This document shows, one piece after another, positions 9,924 through 18,033 of a stretch of 25,660 bases of DNA. Made by a program: the position numbers and the translations under genes. Every line of letters begins with the position of its first letter. Within the stretch, counting starts at the first letter, position 1. The stretch is taken from IMG/VR virus record IMGVR_UViG_3300044453_000224, positions 1 through 25,660 of that record; one strand, 5' to 3'. The notes below the pieces were generated by a model. The model worked only from the letters and a program-made list of their open reading frames with translations, had not been told where the DNA came from and made no database searches. Source of the stretch: a virus. Its lineage: Duplodnaviria > Caudoviricetes.

Positions 9924-10420
9924 CAGAACGGCGGCTCGTCGTCGAAGAGCGCGGCAACGTCACTGCCATTGGCATGCTCAGCTTGTCCGGCATCAATCAG
10001 GTCGCGTGGATTGGTACCATCAGCCAGTTCGATACGTTTGCGGAAGTAGGCGTTGCAGTGCTCACCTTTATTTTTGACCTGGACTTCGATCACCATGTCT
10101 AAGAACTCGTTGAGCCGTTGGGGGAGTTCGCTCCAGCTTCCGAGCGAAATGCCCAGCGTTTTCAAATCGCGCTTGAGCCACTTTAAATTATCTGGCGTTT
10201 CCAGCATATGGCCGGTGAACAGACAACGGCCAATATGGGTCGGGCCAATAATACGCAGCACCCACGAGAGACGGCGCTTATCATTTTTGGTGCGCGTGAT
10301 TTCGACTTTATCGACGAATGCGCGAAAACGTCCATCAGGGATGTCACCTGATTCAGGCACTTCCGTATCGGCAAACGTGCTCATGTCGTCTAAGTCAGTG
10401 AGATCGAATGATTCGGTCAT
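9923..10420 (-). CDS. DUF669-like phage ssDNA-binding protein
   Basis: Acidic N-terminus, IPDGRF, beta-rich core and acidic C-terminal DDEPPF tail; follows the Sak4-like gene. Confidence 0.72.
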   Translation of the reverse strand: MTESFDLTDLDDMSTFADTEVPESGDIPDGRFRAFVDKVEITRTKNDKRRLSWVLRIIGPTHIGRCLFTGHMLETPDNLKWLKRDLKTLGISLGSWSELPQRLNEFLDMVIEVQVKNKGEHCNAYFRKRIELADGTNPRDLIDAGQAEHANGSDVAALFDDEPPF

Positions 10421-10462
10421 GAGATGTTCCTTAATAAAATAAGTTGCTAGGTGAAAAATTAT

Positions 10463-11281
10463 TTACGACGTTGCTACTGTCTTTTTTGAATCATTTTGCA
10501 CATTCTTGCTTGTTTTCTGCGCAGCATTGGTCTGTGGCTGGCTTTGCGGCTTGGTGTTCGCGGTGTAGGCCTTCACCAGGGCAGGCCATTTCAGCGGCAG
10601 TAGCGGCGGCAACCGTCCACTGCGATCTTTGGCCTCAAAGGTTGGCTCTGATCGCAAGCGCAGCACTTGATGAATCTCGACCCGATCTTCACGAGTGATG
10701 GATTCTTGATCGGCATAGCCAATGAGATCAGCCGTCGCTAGAATCGCGTTGTAGAGTTCCTCGCGTTTATTATCGCCAGGAATTAACGGAATTTGTTTGG
10801 TGATTTCACCGGTCCGCGTTTCAATAACTTTACTGGTGCCATGCGCGATCAGTACCACGCCGATACCCATGCCGGTGAGCTTGGTCAAGTAGCGTTTAAT
10901 TTCATTGACGACTAAGCGAGTGCCTTTGCCGTACCCCAGCTTGCCATCACTAATATAGTTTTCGTTATATTTGTCACAAATATGGCGTTCAGCGAGCCAG
11001 CATGCATTGCCTAAAGTGTCAATGATAATGGTTTTCGAGCCAGCCTGAATCGCTTCTTCAGTAGCATGCAATAGTTCATGCCACGATTGAATGACGTAAC
11101 GGCCATCCTCGGTTTCCCAGCGATTGGCAACGTCGAGTTCTTCGAGTCCTTTTTCCGTTGCTAAAAACGTCGCGTTGGGAATTTGCGCCGCCATGGTCGA
11201 TTTGCCAATGCCAGGAGCGCCATAAAGCAAGATCAGTTTTTTCGTCAAGTCGGGTTTGGGTTGTGATGAGCGGATGGGCAT
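10463..11281 (-). CDS. Phage AAA NTP-binding protein (AAA_24/Sak4-like)
   Basis: YGAPGIGKS, IIIDT, GYGKG, LIAH and AKDR motifs. Confidence 0.85.
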   Translation of the reverse strand: MPIRSSQPKPDLTKKLILLYGAPGIGKSTMAAQIPNATFLATEKGLEELDVANRWETEDGRYVIQSWHELLHATEEAIQAGSKTIIIDTLGNACWLAERHICDKYNENYISDGKLGYGKGTRLVVNEIKRYLTKLTGMGIGVVLIAHGTSKVIETRTGEITKQIPLIPGDNKREELYNAILATADLIGYADQESITREDRVEIHQVLRLRSEPTFEAKDRSGRLPPLLPLKWPALVKAYTANTKPQSQPQTNAAQKTSKNVQNDSKKTVATS

Positions 11282-11356
11282 ACGGTGTCCTTATGAAATT
11301 TGAGTGATTGGCGCGATGTGCGCAGTCGGTGAACGTATTTCTTGGTAAAATTGTTT

Positions 11357-12166
11357 TTAATTCGTGAGCACGCGCAGATGCTCATAGCCGGTTGGCCAAG
11401 TGTCGGTCTGGCGGCAATGCTTGAGCCGCAGAATCGCTTGGTGATTGTCAGTGGCGGCGTCATCGAGTGCGCCGTCATCAATGAGCCAGACGCCAACGCG
11501 GTACGGATAGTTTTTTTCACAGGCGATGAGATGAACCGGAACGGTCATGCCGGAGAGTTCTTTGAGCATCGCGCGATAGAATGCCATTTGATGGATGTAG
11601 TGGTATTTCTTGGTGGCGTCGTATTCAAACCAGTCGATGTCATTACACGTTTTTAAATCGACTAAGCCATGATCAGGGCTGAACCAATCGCACCGAATTT
11701 GACAGCGCATTCCTTCATAGCGTACGCGAGCGACACCTTCGGGGCGACCGGCTTGAAGCAGTTCAGCCGCGAGCTCATGGGCTTGGATTTTGCTAGCGAT
11801 GCGCCGCACACGCTGATCTTCGGCGGCGGTCACGAAATCGCGGCCTGGTGGCTGCTCTGCTTCCCATTTGGCAAAGGCTTGCGTATCGCGGCCATATGGT
11901 TTTTGTGTGCGTGGATTGATCGGCCCGCCGATCAGAAATTGCTGCAAGTATTCTTGCTCACCTTCGAGGGCACAGGCATGAACGGCGCGGCCAAAGCGGT
12001 AATCGTCGTTGTCGTCATTGCCGGTTGTTTCAATTTCATTGACGCGAAATACATACGGACAGGCACGAAAATCAGCAAGTAGATGTGAAGAGAGACATTC
12101 ACCACGGCGACCATGATAGGTCGACGCAGGCTCGGTGATCAATTGTTGTAAAATAGTTTCATACAT
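11357..12166 (-). CDS. PD-(D/E)XK exonuclease, RecE/DUF3799-like
   Basis: LSSH, FGRAVH, RCDW...DLKT and YIHQMAFY motifs; GGAG RBS. Confidence 0.85.
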   Translation of the reverse strand: MYETILQQLITEPASTYHGRRGECLSSHLLADFRACPYVFRVNEIETTGNDDNDDYRFGRAVHACALEGEQEYLQQFLIGGPINPRTQKPYGRDTQAFAKWEAEQPPGRDFVTAAEDQRVRRIASKIQAHELAAELLQAGRPEGVARVRYEGMRCQIRCDWFSPDHGLVDLKTCNDIDWFEYDATKKYHYIHQMAFYRAMLKELSGMTVPVHLIACEKNYPYRVGVWLIDDGALDDAATDNHQAILRLKHCRQTDTWPTGYEHLRVLTN

Positions 12167-12226
12167 GGTCGCGGTCTCCGTGGGATCAGTGGCCGGGGCG
12201 CATGCGCTACCCCGACCGACAAGGAA

Positions 12227-12257
12227 TTACTTACGTCAGCACGTTGGCTGATTTCCC
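12227..12257 (-). promoter_or_regulatory. Putative phage-sigma promoter, copy 2
   Basis: Minus strand GGGAAA tcagccaacgtgc TGACGTAAGTAA(TTCC), between the sigma stop and the exonuclease gene. Confidence 0.75.
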
Positions 12258-12263
12258 ATGTTT

Positions 12264-12809
12264 TTAGCAGTAGCCATCCAGACCGGCTTGACGGAACACA
12301 CGTCTGATGTCCTCAATGGCCTGATAGACCTTGCGTTTTGAAATACCAAGCATGCGTGAGACCGCATAGGCCGAATGGTGCGGCAATAGGCGACAAATAT
12401 CCTGCTGAATTGCCGATAATTTTTGCATGACCGTTGCAATATCTGTTTTTAAATCTGCATGGTTGATGGCGCTGCCAGCCTGGGGATCGATTAAGGTATC
12501 GGCTTGCTGCCCAGATTCTTCATCGCTATCGAAAACGATGGCGCGGTCTTTGAATGCATCACGGCACTGGCGACGCTGGCGGCGAATCAGATCAACGGAG
12601 CGCCGTTCCAAGCAACGGGTAAGATAGGTTGACCATTTCCCGGCAGCCTCGTTAAAGGACTGGTGGCAGATGAGTGCCTGCTGGGCCAGTTCTTGCTTGA
12701 GATCGTCGCGGTCATTTTCGGTAAAACCGTGACGGCCAATCAAGCGACTGACATGGTGGTGAATCGTGGTCTCGGTGTACTCGTCGAGACAGTCTACAAA
12801 TAGTGGCAT
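12264..12809 (-). CDS. Phage sigma-70 family (ECF-like) sigma factor
   Basis: Region 2 DRDDLKQE...FNEAAGKWSTYL...RSVDLIR; region 4 HTH AVSRMLGISKRKVYQAI. Confidence 0.85.
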   Translation of the reverse strand: MPLFVDCLDEYTETTIHHHVSRLIGRHGFTENDRDDLKQELAQQALICHQSFNEAAGKWSTYLTRCLERRSVDLIRRQRRQCRDAFKDRAIVFDSDEESGQQADTLIDPQAGSAINHADLKTDIATVMQKLSAIQQDICRLLPHHSAYAVSRMLGISKRKVYQAIEDIRRVFRQAGLDGYC

Positions 12810-12887
12810 CGTTGTGCCCTCGCTGTGTGGCAGCCCCCGAGTGGGGCCGCTTCACAGGCGCGGGCAGTTGCACGACATCACAGCATG

Positions 12888-12915
12888 AAAAAAGGCCGCT
12901 ACCGAAGTAGCGACC
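12888..12915 (-). terminator. Intrinsic terminator upstream of the sigma gene
   Basis: Minus strand GGTCGCTAC-TTCG-GTAGCGGCC-TTTTTT: 9-bp stem with one G-U pair, cUUCGg tetraloop and U6. Confidence 0.8.
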
Positions 12916-12981
12916 AGAGCGAGGTTTATGAGCCTACTTGCAACAATCGCAGTTGCACAAGTGAACAGCGATGCAAGTGGG

Positions 12982-13914
12982 TTACTGATAGAGGAGCGGG
13001 TTGAAATCCTGAATGCGATATTCGTCTTCGGCAATGGCCCAGAGTTCTTGGACTTTGTGGCCAAGCGGTGAGCTATCTTTAAGGCGGCGACTGATGGTTG
13101 ATTCGGTGGTGTCACAGAGCTTGGCAAAATGTTTTTGCTCTGGTCGTGGCAGAATTGTGCCCGTCTTTCGCCAAGTGTCTTGTGATGAGCGAATATGCGC
13201 GACCAATTCTTGCCGCAGTTTATCAAGGCCAGCTTGCTTGGTGGCTGTCTTGGCAACCTTTGGTTTCCGTGCTGGGGCGCTTGGCGTTAGAACTTCGATC
13301 AGATCTTCGACCAGCGATATGAGTTGATGGGTGTCGTCGTCTTCATCTAAGTATGCCCACAGGGTATGACTCAACGCGACATCCGGACAATAATCTGGTA
13401 CGTTGAGTTGCGGACCAAATGACAGCAAGACGGTTCGAGGTGTGAGTCCTAGGCTATCCCATTGCGCTCGTTTCGATCCTTCCGGTATATCGCGAACAAA
13501 CACGAAACGAAAACGCATATCGCCGATGGAAATGCGAGGCAGGCACCAGGCTGAATCAGTCAGTGCTTCAGCTGCGTGTCGAGAGCCAAGTGCAGTGCCA
13601 AACCAATTGATGAGCGCATGGTGATCTACGCGATATTGCTGGAACAGTGCCGAGTCAACGGATTGAAAACCGGCATCGGGGCAATGCACAAAGAAGCGGC
13701 TACTGTCGGTCGGACTGCGGTGGATTTCCACATCGTGTATCTCCGAACAGGCTGGGCAGGGAATGCGGCTGGCATGGCCAGAACGAACCAGGAACCCGGC
13801 ATCGAGCAAAGCAGAGCCGACGCCAGGGGTCCATGTGTCGAGGTCAGCTTGCGTGACATGGTGATCACGCAGCGGACTAAGCGCTTGCAGCGCGTGGGTG
13901 CTCGTCGGAAACAT
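12982..13914 (-). CDS. Hypothetical protein with Cys/His cluster and C-terminal HTH
   Basis: CPACSEIH...HCPD; C-terminal QKHFAKLCDTTESTISRRL is HTH-like. Confidence 0.75.
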   Translation of the reverse strand: MFPTSTHALQALSPLRDHHVTQADLDTWTPGVGSALLDAGFLVRSGHASRIPCPACSEIHDVEIHRSPTDSSRFFVHCPDAGFQSVDSALFQQYRVDHHALINWFGTALGSRHAAEALTDSAWCLPRISIGDMRFRFVFVRDIPEGSKRAQWDSLGLTPRTVLLSFGPQLNVPDYCPDVALSHTLWAYLDEDDDTHQLISLVEDLIEVLTPSAPARKPKVAKTATKQAGLDKLRQELVAHIRSSQDTWRKTGTILPRPEQKHFAKLCDTTESTISRRLKDSSPLGHKVQELWAIAEDEYRIQDFNPLLYQ

Positions 13915-15091
13915 CGACGCCCCAATCCATCAATAGTTGTTCGCCAATTTGTTGATAGTGATCTTTGAGATTGCCAACATTGCAGGCCCCAATGCGACTG
14001 ACGCCAAAGCTAAATGCGGGGATGCGACCACCAGCAGCGGGACGCGGCAAATGGACGCTGAAGACTACCCGTTGCAGGTCGATATTGTGAATCGGAATCC
14101 GGCGTGTGTTCAGCCACTCGGCAAATACGTCGTAGATGTCCTCTGGCCCTTTATCAGGGTCAGCCTTGATCGTCATGGAGCGCTTACCACCACCGAGCAC
14201 CCGTAAGCGAACTTCCTTGATTCGGGCGTCTTGCACCACAGTGGGGTCAAACGGCAAGGTGCGTTGATAGCGCAAGTGGTCGAGCTGATAACTGCCCACG
14301 CGGCGATTATCCAGGTCAAATTCTACTGGCACTGACGGCACGCAGCGACCAAAGATGCGTAAGATTTCATTACGAACCGGATTGCCACCAGTGGCAGATA
14401 CATCAGCGAGACCACCGTTCATCGGGCACCGAATGTAGACCGTGAACACGCGGCCTGCGTCGATTTCGCGCTTGAGGGCATTTTGGCTGGTGAGCACTTC
14501 GCGGGCGACGGGATAATCCGACAGGTATACACTGAACAAACAGGTACCATCTTCGCGCTGATCGACTTCGATCACGCCAAATTGTCCGCGCGCCTCATGT
14601 TGTTTGTAATAGGCCGAGAGAGCTTGGCGGAATTGCTCGCAGGTCTGCTCATCCGTCCGAGGTACGAACGCGGGCAAATCGTCATAGCGTTGCCATGAAC
14701 GACCGTAGGCCAGGTCGTCGGCAGTGGCAAAGCGCACGATAGTATCCCAGATGTCGTGCTGCTCGACTGCTACAGACATGACAAAATCAAGGACATGATC
14801 AGCCTGCTCAAGGGCGACCGTCTGGTCGATATTTTTGAACATACGGCAGGCTTCGAGGATGGATCGAATGCCGATTTCACTGGTCATGGCGAGCACGTCG
14901 TAGAAATCAGCTGCGACCGTTGCGTTGGTCGCATCATCCAAGGCCTCCCAGGCGGCTTGCACCTCTGGCCATTGGCTGGAATCCAGCGTGTCCCAATCAA
15001 GGCCAAGATCGATGCCTTTGGAGTGGAAGTAGTTACGGAGAGTGGTGAGCGTGGTCCGGCGGAACACTTGGCTCGGTTTGAAACGCAGCAT
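13877..15091 (-). CDS. Hypothetical phage protein (404 aa)
   Basis: Long ORF with AAGGAG RBS; overlaps the next gene; no recognised motif. Confidence 0.8.
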   Translation of the reverse strand: MLRFKPSQVFRRTTLTTLRNYFHSKGIDLGLDWDTLDSSQWPEVQAAWEALDDATNATVAADFYDVLAMTSEIGIRSILEACRMFKNIDQTVALEQADHVLDFVMSVAVEQHDIWDTIVRFATADDLAYGRSWQRYDDLPAFVPRTDEQTCEQFRQALSAYYKQHEARGQFGVIEVDQREDGTCLFSVYLSDYPVAREVLTSQNALKREIDAGRVFTVYIRCPMNGGLADVSATGGNPVRNEILRIFGRCVPSVPVEFDLDNRRVGSYQLDHLRYQRTLPFDPTVVQDARIKEVRLRVLGGGKRSMTIKADPDKGPEDIYDVFAEWLNTRRIPIHNIDLQRVVFSVHLPRPAAGGRIPAFSFGVSRIGACNVGNLKDHYQQIGEQLLMDWGVDVSDEHPRAASA

Positions 15092-15372
15092 TGGTTAAAC
15101 TCCTTCAGTCATGCGTCAGGTCAAAAAGGCGGAGCCAAACACACGGTGTATCTGGTCCTCTACCACCTATACGCCAGGCGGTAACAGCGGCCCCAGACAC
15201 GAGGAGTTCCAGGCCACTATCCTATGTACGCTGAGCGGTAACAAGGAATGGCGCTGGCAATGGCCTATATAGGTCTATACTGACACAAATGCAAGTCTCT
15301 CTTTGGAAGTCGTTACAGAGGCAGCAATTACGATCTTGTTATTGGGATACGTTTCCTATCTTAGCCCTCTTT

Positions 15373-16083
15373 ATGCCTTACGACCACGCTATGACAGTCT
15401 CATTACCTGATGAAGGTGAATGGATTGACTCGACTGATGCCGAGTTGATGGAGGCCATACGCCTGTGGAACGATGACCGGCCTTTTGCGCTTGGTGCCTT
15501 TCAAGCATTGTATGCTCGCCACGCTCAGTTCGTCGCGAATCAGTGCGCGAATGCCTGTCAGGCACGACCATTACGCGATTTCGGTCACTTGGACCTCCAG
15601 CAAAAAATCTGGATCAAGGTTCGCGCGAAAGCGGACTCATTTAAGCCTGAACGAGGTAAACTCGTAGGCTGGCTAGCACGTATGATCCATAACGCCTACA
15701 TGGACGAGCTTCGTGCTCGCAAAAATCTTCCATTGTGTGCTCTACCTGATTGTCCCGAAGCTTATCCTGCGGAGCTCATGGGCTACGTGGTCGGTGACGC
15801 GCCGGCTACCCGGCAATGTCGTTGGGTGCTTGCGCTACGAGATTGTTTGCAAGATTTGCCGACCAAAGAGCAAACAGTGGTAGAAGCCTCTGCACCGCAT
15901 TATCATCCACCAGACATGAACTGCACCATGAGTACAGAAGAAACAGATGCCCTAGCGACACGGCTCGGTACGACGCGGGCATCTGTGAAAGCGTATCGCA
16001 GCCGGGGGTTGAAAAAGTTGCGCATCTGCATCCAACATAAGTTGGCGGAACACGGTATAGATGTGGAGGAGAAACGTGGCTAA
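15373..16083 (+). CDS. ECF-type RNA polymerase sigma factor
   Basis: AFQALYARH, DLQQKIWIKV and FKPERGKLVGWLARMIHNAYMDELR (region 2); LATRLGTTRASVKAYRSRGLKKLR (region 4). Start uncertain (15289, 15373 or 15391). Confidence 0.85.
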   Translation: MPYDHAMTVSLPDEGEWIDSTDAELMEAIRLWNDDRPFALGAFQALYARHAQFVANQCANACQARPLRDFGHLDLQQKIWIKVRAKADSFKPERGKLVGWLARMIHNAYMDELRARKNLPLCALPDCPEAYPAELMGYVVGDAPATRQCRWVLALRDCLQDLPTKEQTVVEASAPHYHPPDMNCTMSTEETDALATRLGTTRASVKAYRSRGLKKLRICIQHKLAEHGIDVEEKRG

Positions 16084-16423
16084 GGCTCACCAACACGACC
16101 ATACCGAGACGATCCTTGATGCGATGGCGCTGCTTGGCTGGCGTGATGCACGTCCTGATTTTAATTGGGATGCTTACCAGCGAGCAGAAGGCCCAGCTGA
16201 AGTGCTCGCATTTGATCAGGTTGTGGCTGCTTTAGACGACGATGCTCAGCAGGAAACGAGCGAGCAAGATTGCGCTCCTATTCCCTTTGTGATTCCTGAG
16301 GCTGTCGAAACCAATATGCGGATGGTGGCACGTAACGGTCAAGATATTCCGGACGAAATTGCTCAGAAAATGCAGCGAGATCGTTTAGCGGCCCAGGCGG
16401 CCCAGGATAATAACGATGCTTGA
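16076..16423 (+). CDS. Small acidic protein, candidate anti-sigma or peptidase substrate
   Basis: GTG 16076 with GGAGGA RBS; overlaps both the sigma stop and the peptidase start. Function inferred from position. Confidence 0.7.
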   Translation: MAKAHQHDHTETILDAMALLGWRDARPDFNWDAYQRAEGPAEVLAFDQVVAALDDDAQQETSEQDCAPIPFVIPEAVETNMRMVARNGQDIPDEIAQKMQRDRLAAQAAQDNNDA

Positions 16424-17318
16424 TGCGCGGCAGCAGAGCGTCGCGCAATTGGCTGAAACATTGGCGTGTTCTTATTTCCCGACAGGGCGTGTTGACCCCG
16501 AAGCCATTATTTCTGATCAGGGTAACGTGACGTTTTCGCGTTCTGAATACGGCGACTACTTTGACGGCCAGCTCCAGTATGTGCAGGGTCAGTTTCATAT
16601 TTTCTGCAACACTGAAGGTAGAAACGAACGACGTCAGCGTTTTACGCTCGGCCATGAATTGGGGCATTATTTTATAGATGAGCACCGCTTGTGGTTGGAG
16701 TCCCATCCAGACTTGCCACATTGCTCCTTCTGTCTCGACGACAGTGACCGACCTGGCAAAGCCATTGAGGTCGAAGCCGATTGTTTTGCCGCCAGCCTCT
16801 TACTTCCAGAGCGCTCTTTGCGAAAAAAAGTTGGGACACCTGCCGCTACTGCTGAAGTTATTCTGAACACGGCTGATTATTTTGATGTTTCTTTAACGGC
16901 AACAGCGCTGCGGTTTGCCAACTTAGAATTGTTCCCATGCGTGCTCATGCATTGGGATCGCACTGGGACGCGAACATGGATACGAGCATCAGCTTGGATG
17001 TTTCAAAATTATGGTGGACGTGTCTGGCGCAGTGATTTGCAGGGCATGGATGATTCTGTAACCGCGCGCGTGCTCCGTGATCCAGACGGAGCAAGCCGCA
17101 TCGAAGAAGCAACCTCAGTATTGGAAGCCTGGTATCCTGGCTTGGAACAACGGATGAACCAACATAAGCGCCAATTCGCCCAGTGTGCCGTCGACACCAT
17201 TACTGAATACGCCTTGAACTTAGGGCCTCATGGTGTGCTGACCGTTTTGACTAGTAATGAACTATGGAAGAAATGGCGTACTCAGCGCCAGTCAAACGCA
17301 GGAACCTCAGCACAATAA
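16416..17318 (+). CDS. ImmA/IrrE family zinc metallopeptidase
   Basis: RFTLGHELGH (HExxH), EVEADCFAASLLLP, HTH-like ADYFDVSLTATALRF, and an extended C-terminal domain as in IrrE/CapP. Confidence 0.92.
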   Translation: MLDARQQSVAQLAETLACSYFPTGRVDPEAIISDQGNVTFSRSEYGDYFDGQLQYVQGQFHIFCNTEGRNERRQRFTLGHELGHYFIDEHRLWLESHPDLPHCSFCLDDSDRPGKAIEVEADCFAASLLLPERSLRKKVGTPAATAEVILNTADYFDVSLTATALRFANLELFPCVLMHWDRTGTRTWIRASAWMFQNYGGRVWRSDLQGMDDSVTARVLRDPDGASRIEEATSVLEAWYPGLEQRMNQHKRQFAQCAVDTITEYALNLGPHGVLTVLTSNELWKKWRTQRQSNAGTSAQ

Positions 17319-17331
17319 AAACAAGCTTGGC

Positions 17332-17362
17332 GGGAAATAGAACCGCATCATGACGTAAGTAA
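17332..17362 (+). promoter_or_regulatory. Putative phage-sigma promoter, copy 3
   Basis: GGGAAA tagaaccgcatca TGACGTAAGTAA(TTCC) upstream of the ParB-like gene. Confidence 0.75.
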
Positions 17363-17403
17363 TTCCCTGGGTCGTCACTACACAGACCCAGGGAGTGCGG
17401 CGC

Positions 17404-18033
17404 ATGCATATCGAGCAATGGCCTATTGAACGGGTCCAACCGTTTCCTGGCAATCCGCGTAAAATAACCGAAGCAGCTATCGACAATGTGGCGCAGTCCT
17501 TGGCCGCATTTGGTTGGCGGCAACCGCTGGTTGTCGATGCAGACAGTGTGCTGATCGTTGGCCATGTGCGCTATCTTGCGGCGCGGAAATTGGCAATGAC
17601 CGACGTACCAGTGCATGTCGCCGATAATTTAACACCAGAACAAATTGCTGCGTATCGATTAGCTGACAATCGCGTCGGTGAAGATTCCTCATGGCATGAA
17701 GGTTTATTAACGCAGGCATTGCAAGATTTAACTGGCGACATGCAGCAAGTGACTGGTTTTAGCAGCGATGAATTAAATCGATTAGTTGGCACATTAATCG
17801 ACAACACCGAACAAAGTCATCAAGAGTTGGACACGGTCGTTGCTGATGTTAGTTGCGAGGCCGATCCTGATTCTACCGATGATGACGGTAAAGAACTTGG
17901 CGCGACGACTAACGATTTTACCTATCAAGAACAATTCGGAGTCATGGTCATTTGCGAGAGCGAACGACATCAGCAACAGGTGTACGAATCACTCCAGGCT
18001 GACGGTCATAACTGTCGGGTGGTGGTGGTATGA
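17404..18033 (+). CDS. ParB/Srx N-terminal domain protein with small C-terminal domain
   Basis: PGNPRK, SLAAFGWRQPLVVD, VGHVRYLAA and AYRLADNR motifs; acidic linker; about 36-aa C-terminal module. Confidence 0.88.
   Translation: MHIEQWPIERVQPFPGNPRKITEAAIDNVAQSLAAFGWRQPLVVDADSVLIVGHVRYLAARKLAMTDVPVHVADNLTPEQIAAYRLADNRVGEDSSWHEGLLTQALQDLTGDMQQVTGFSSDELNRLVGTLIDNTEQSHQELDTVVADVSCEADPDSTDDDGKELGATTNDFTYQEQFGVMVICESERHQQQVYESLQADGHNCRVVVV

Noticed and set aside
585-15184. Numerous plus-strand ORFs opposite the phage operons
   Set aside because: Antisense shadows of well-supported minus-strand genes, with no recognisable motifs.
17404-18033. ParABS partition system
   Set aside because: No ParA, no HTH after the ParB-N domain and no parS seen.
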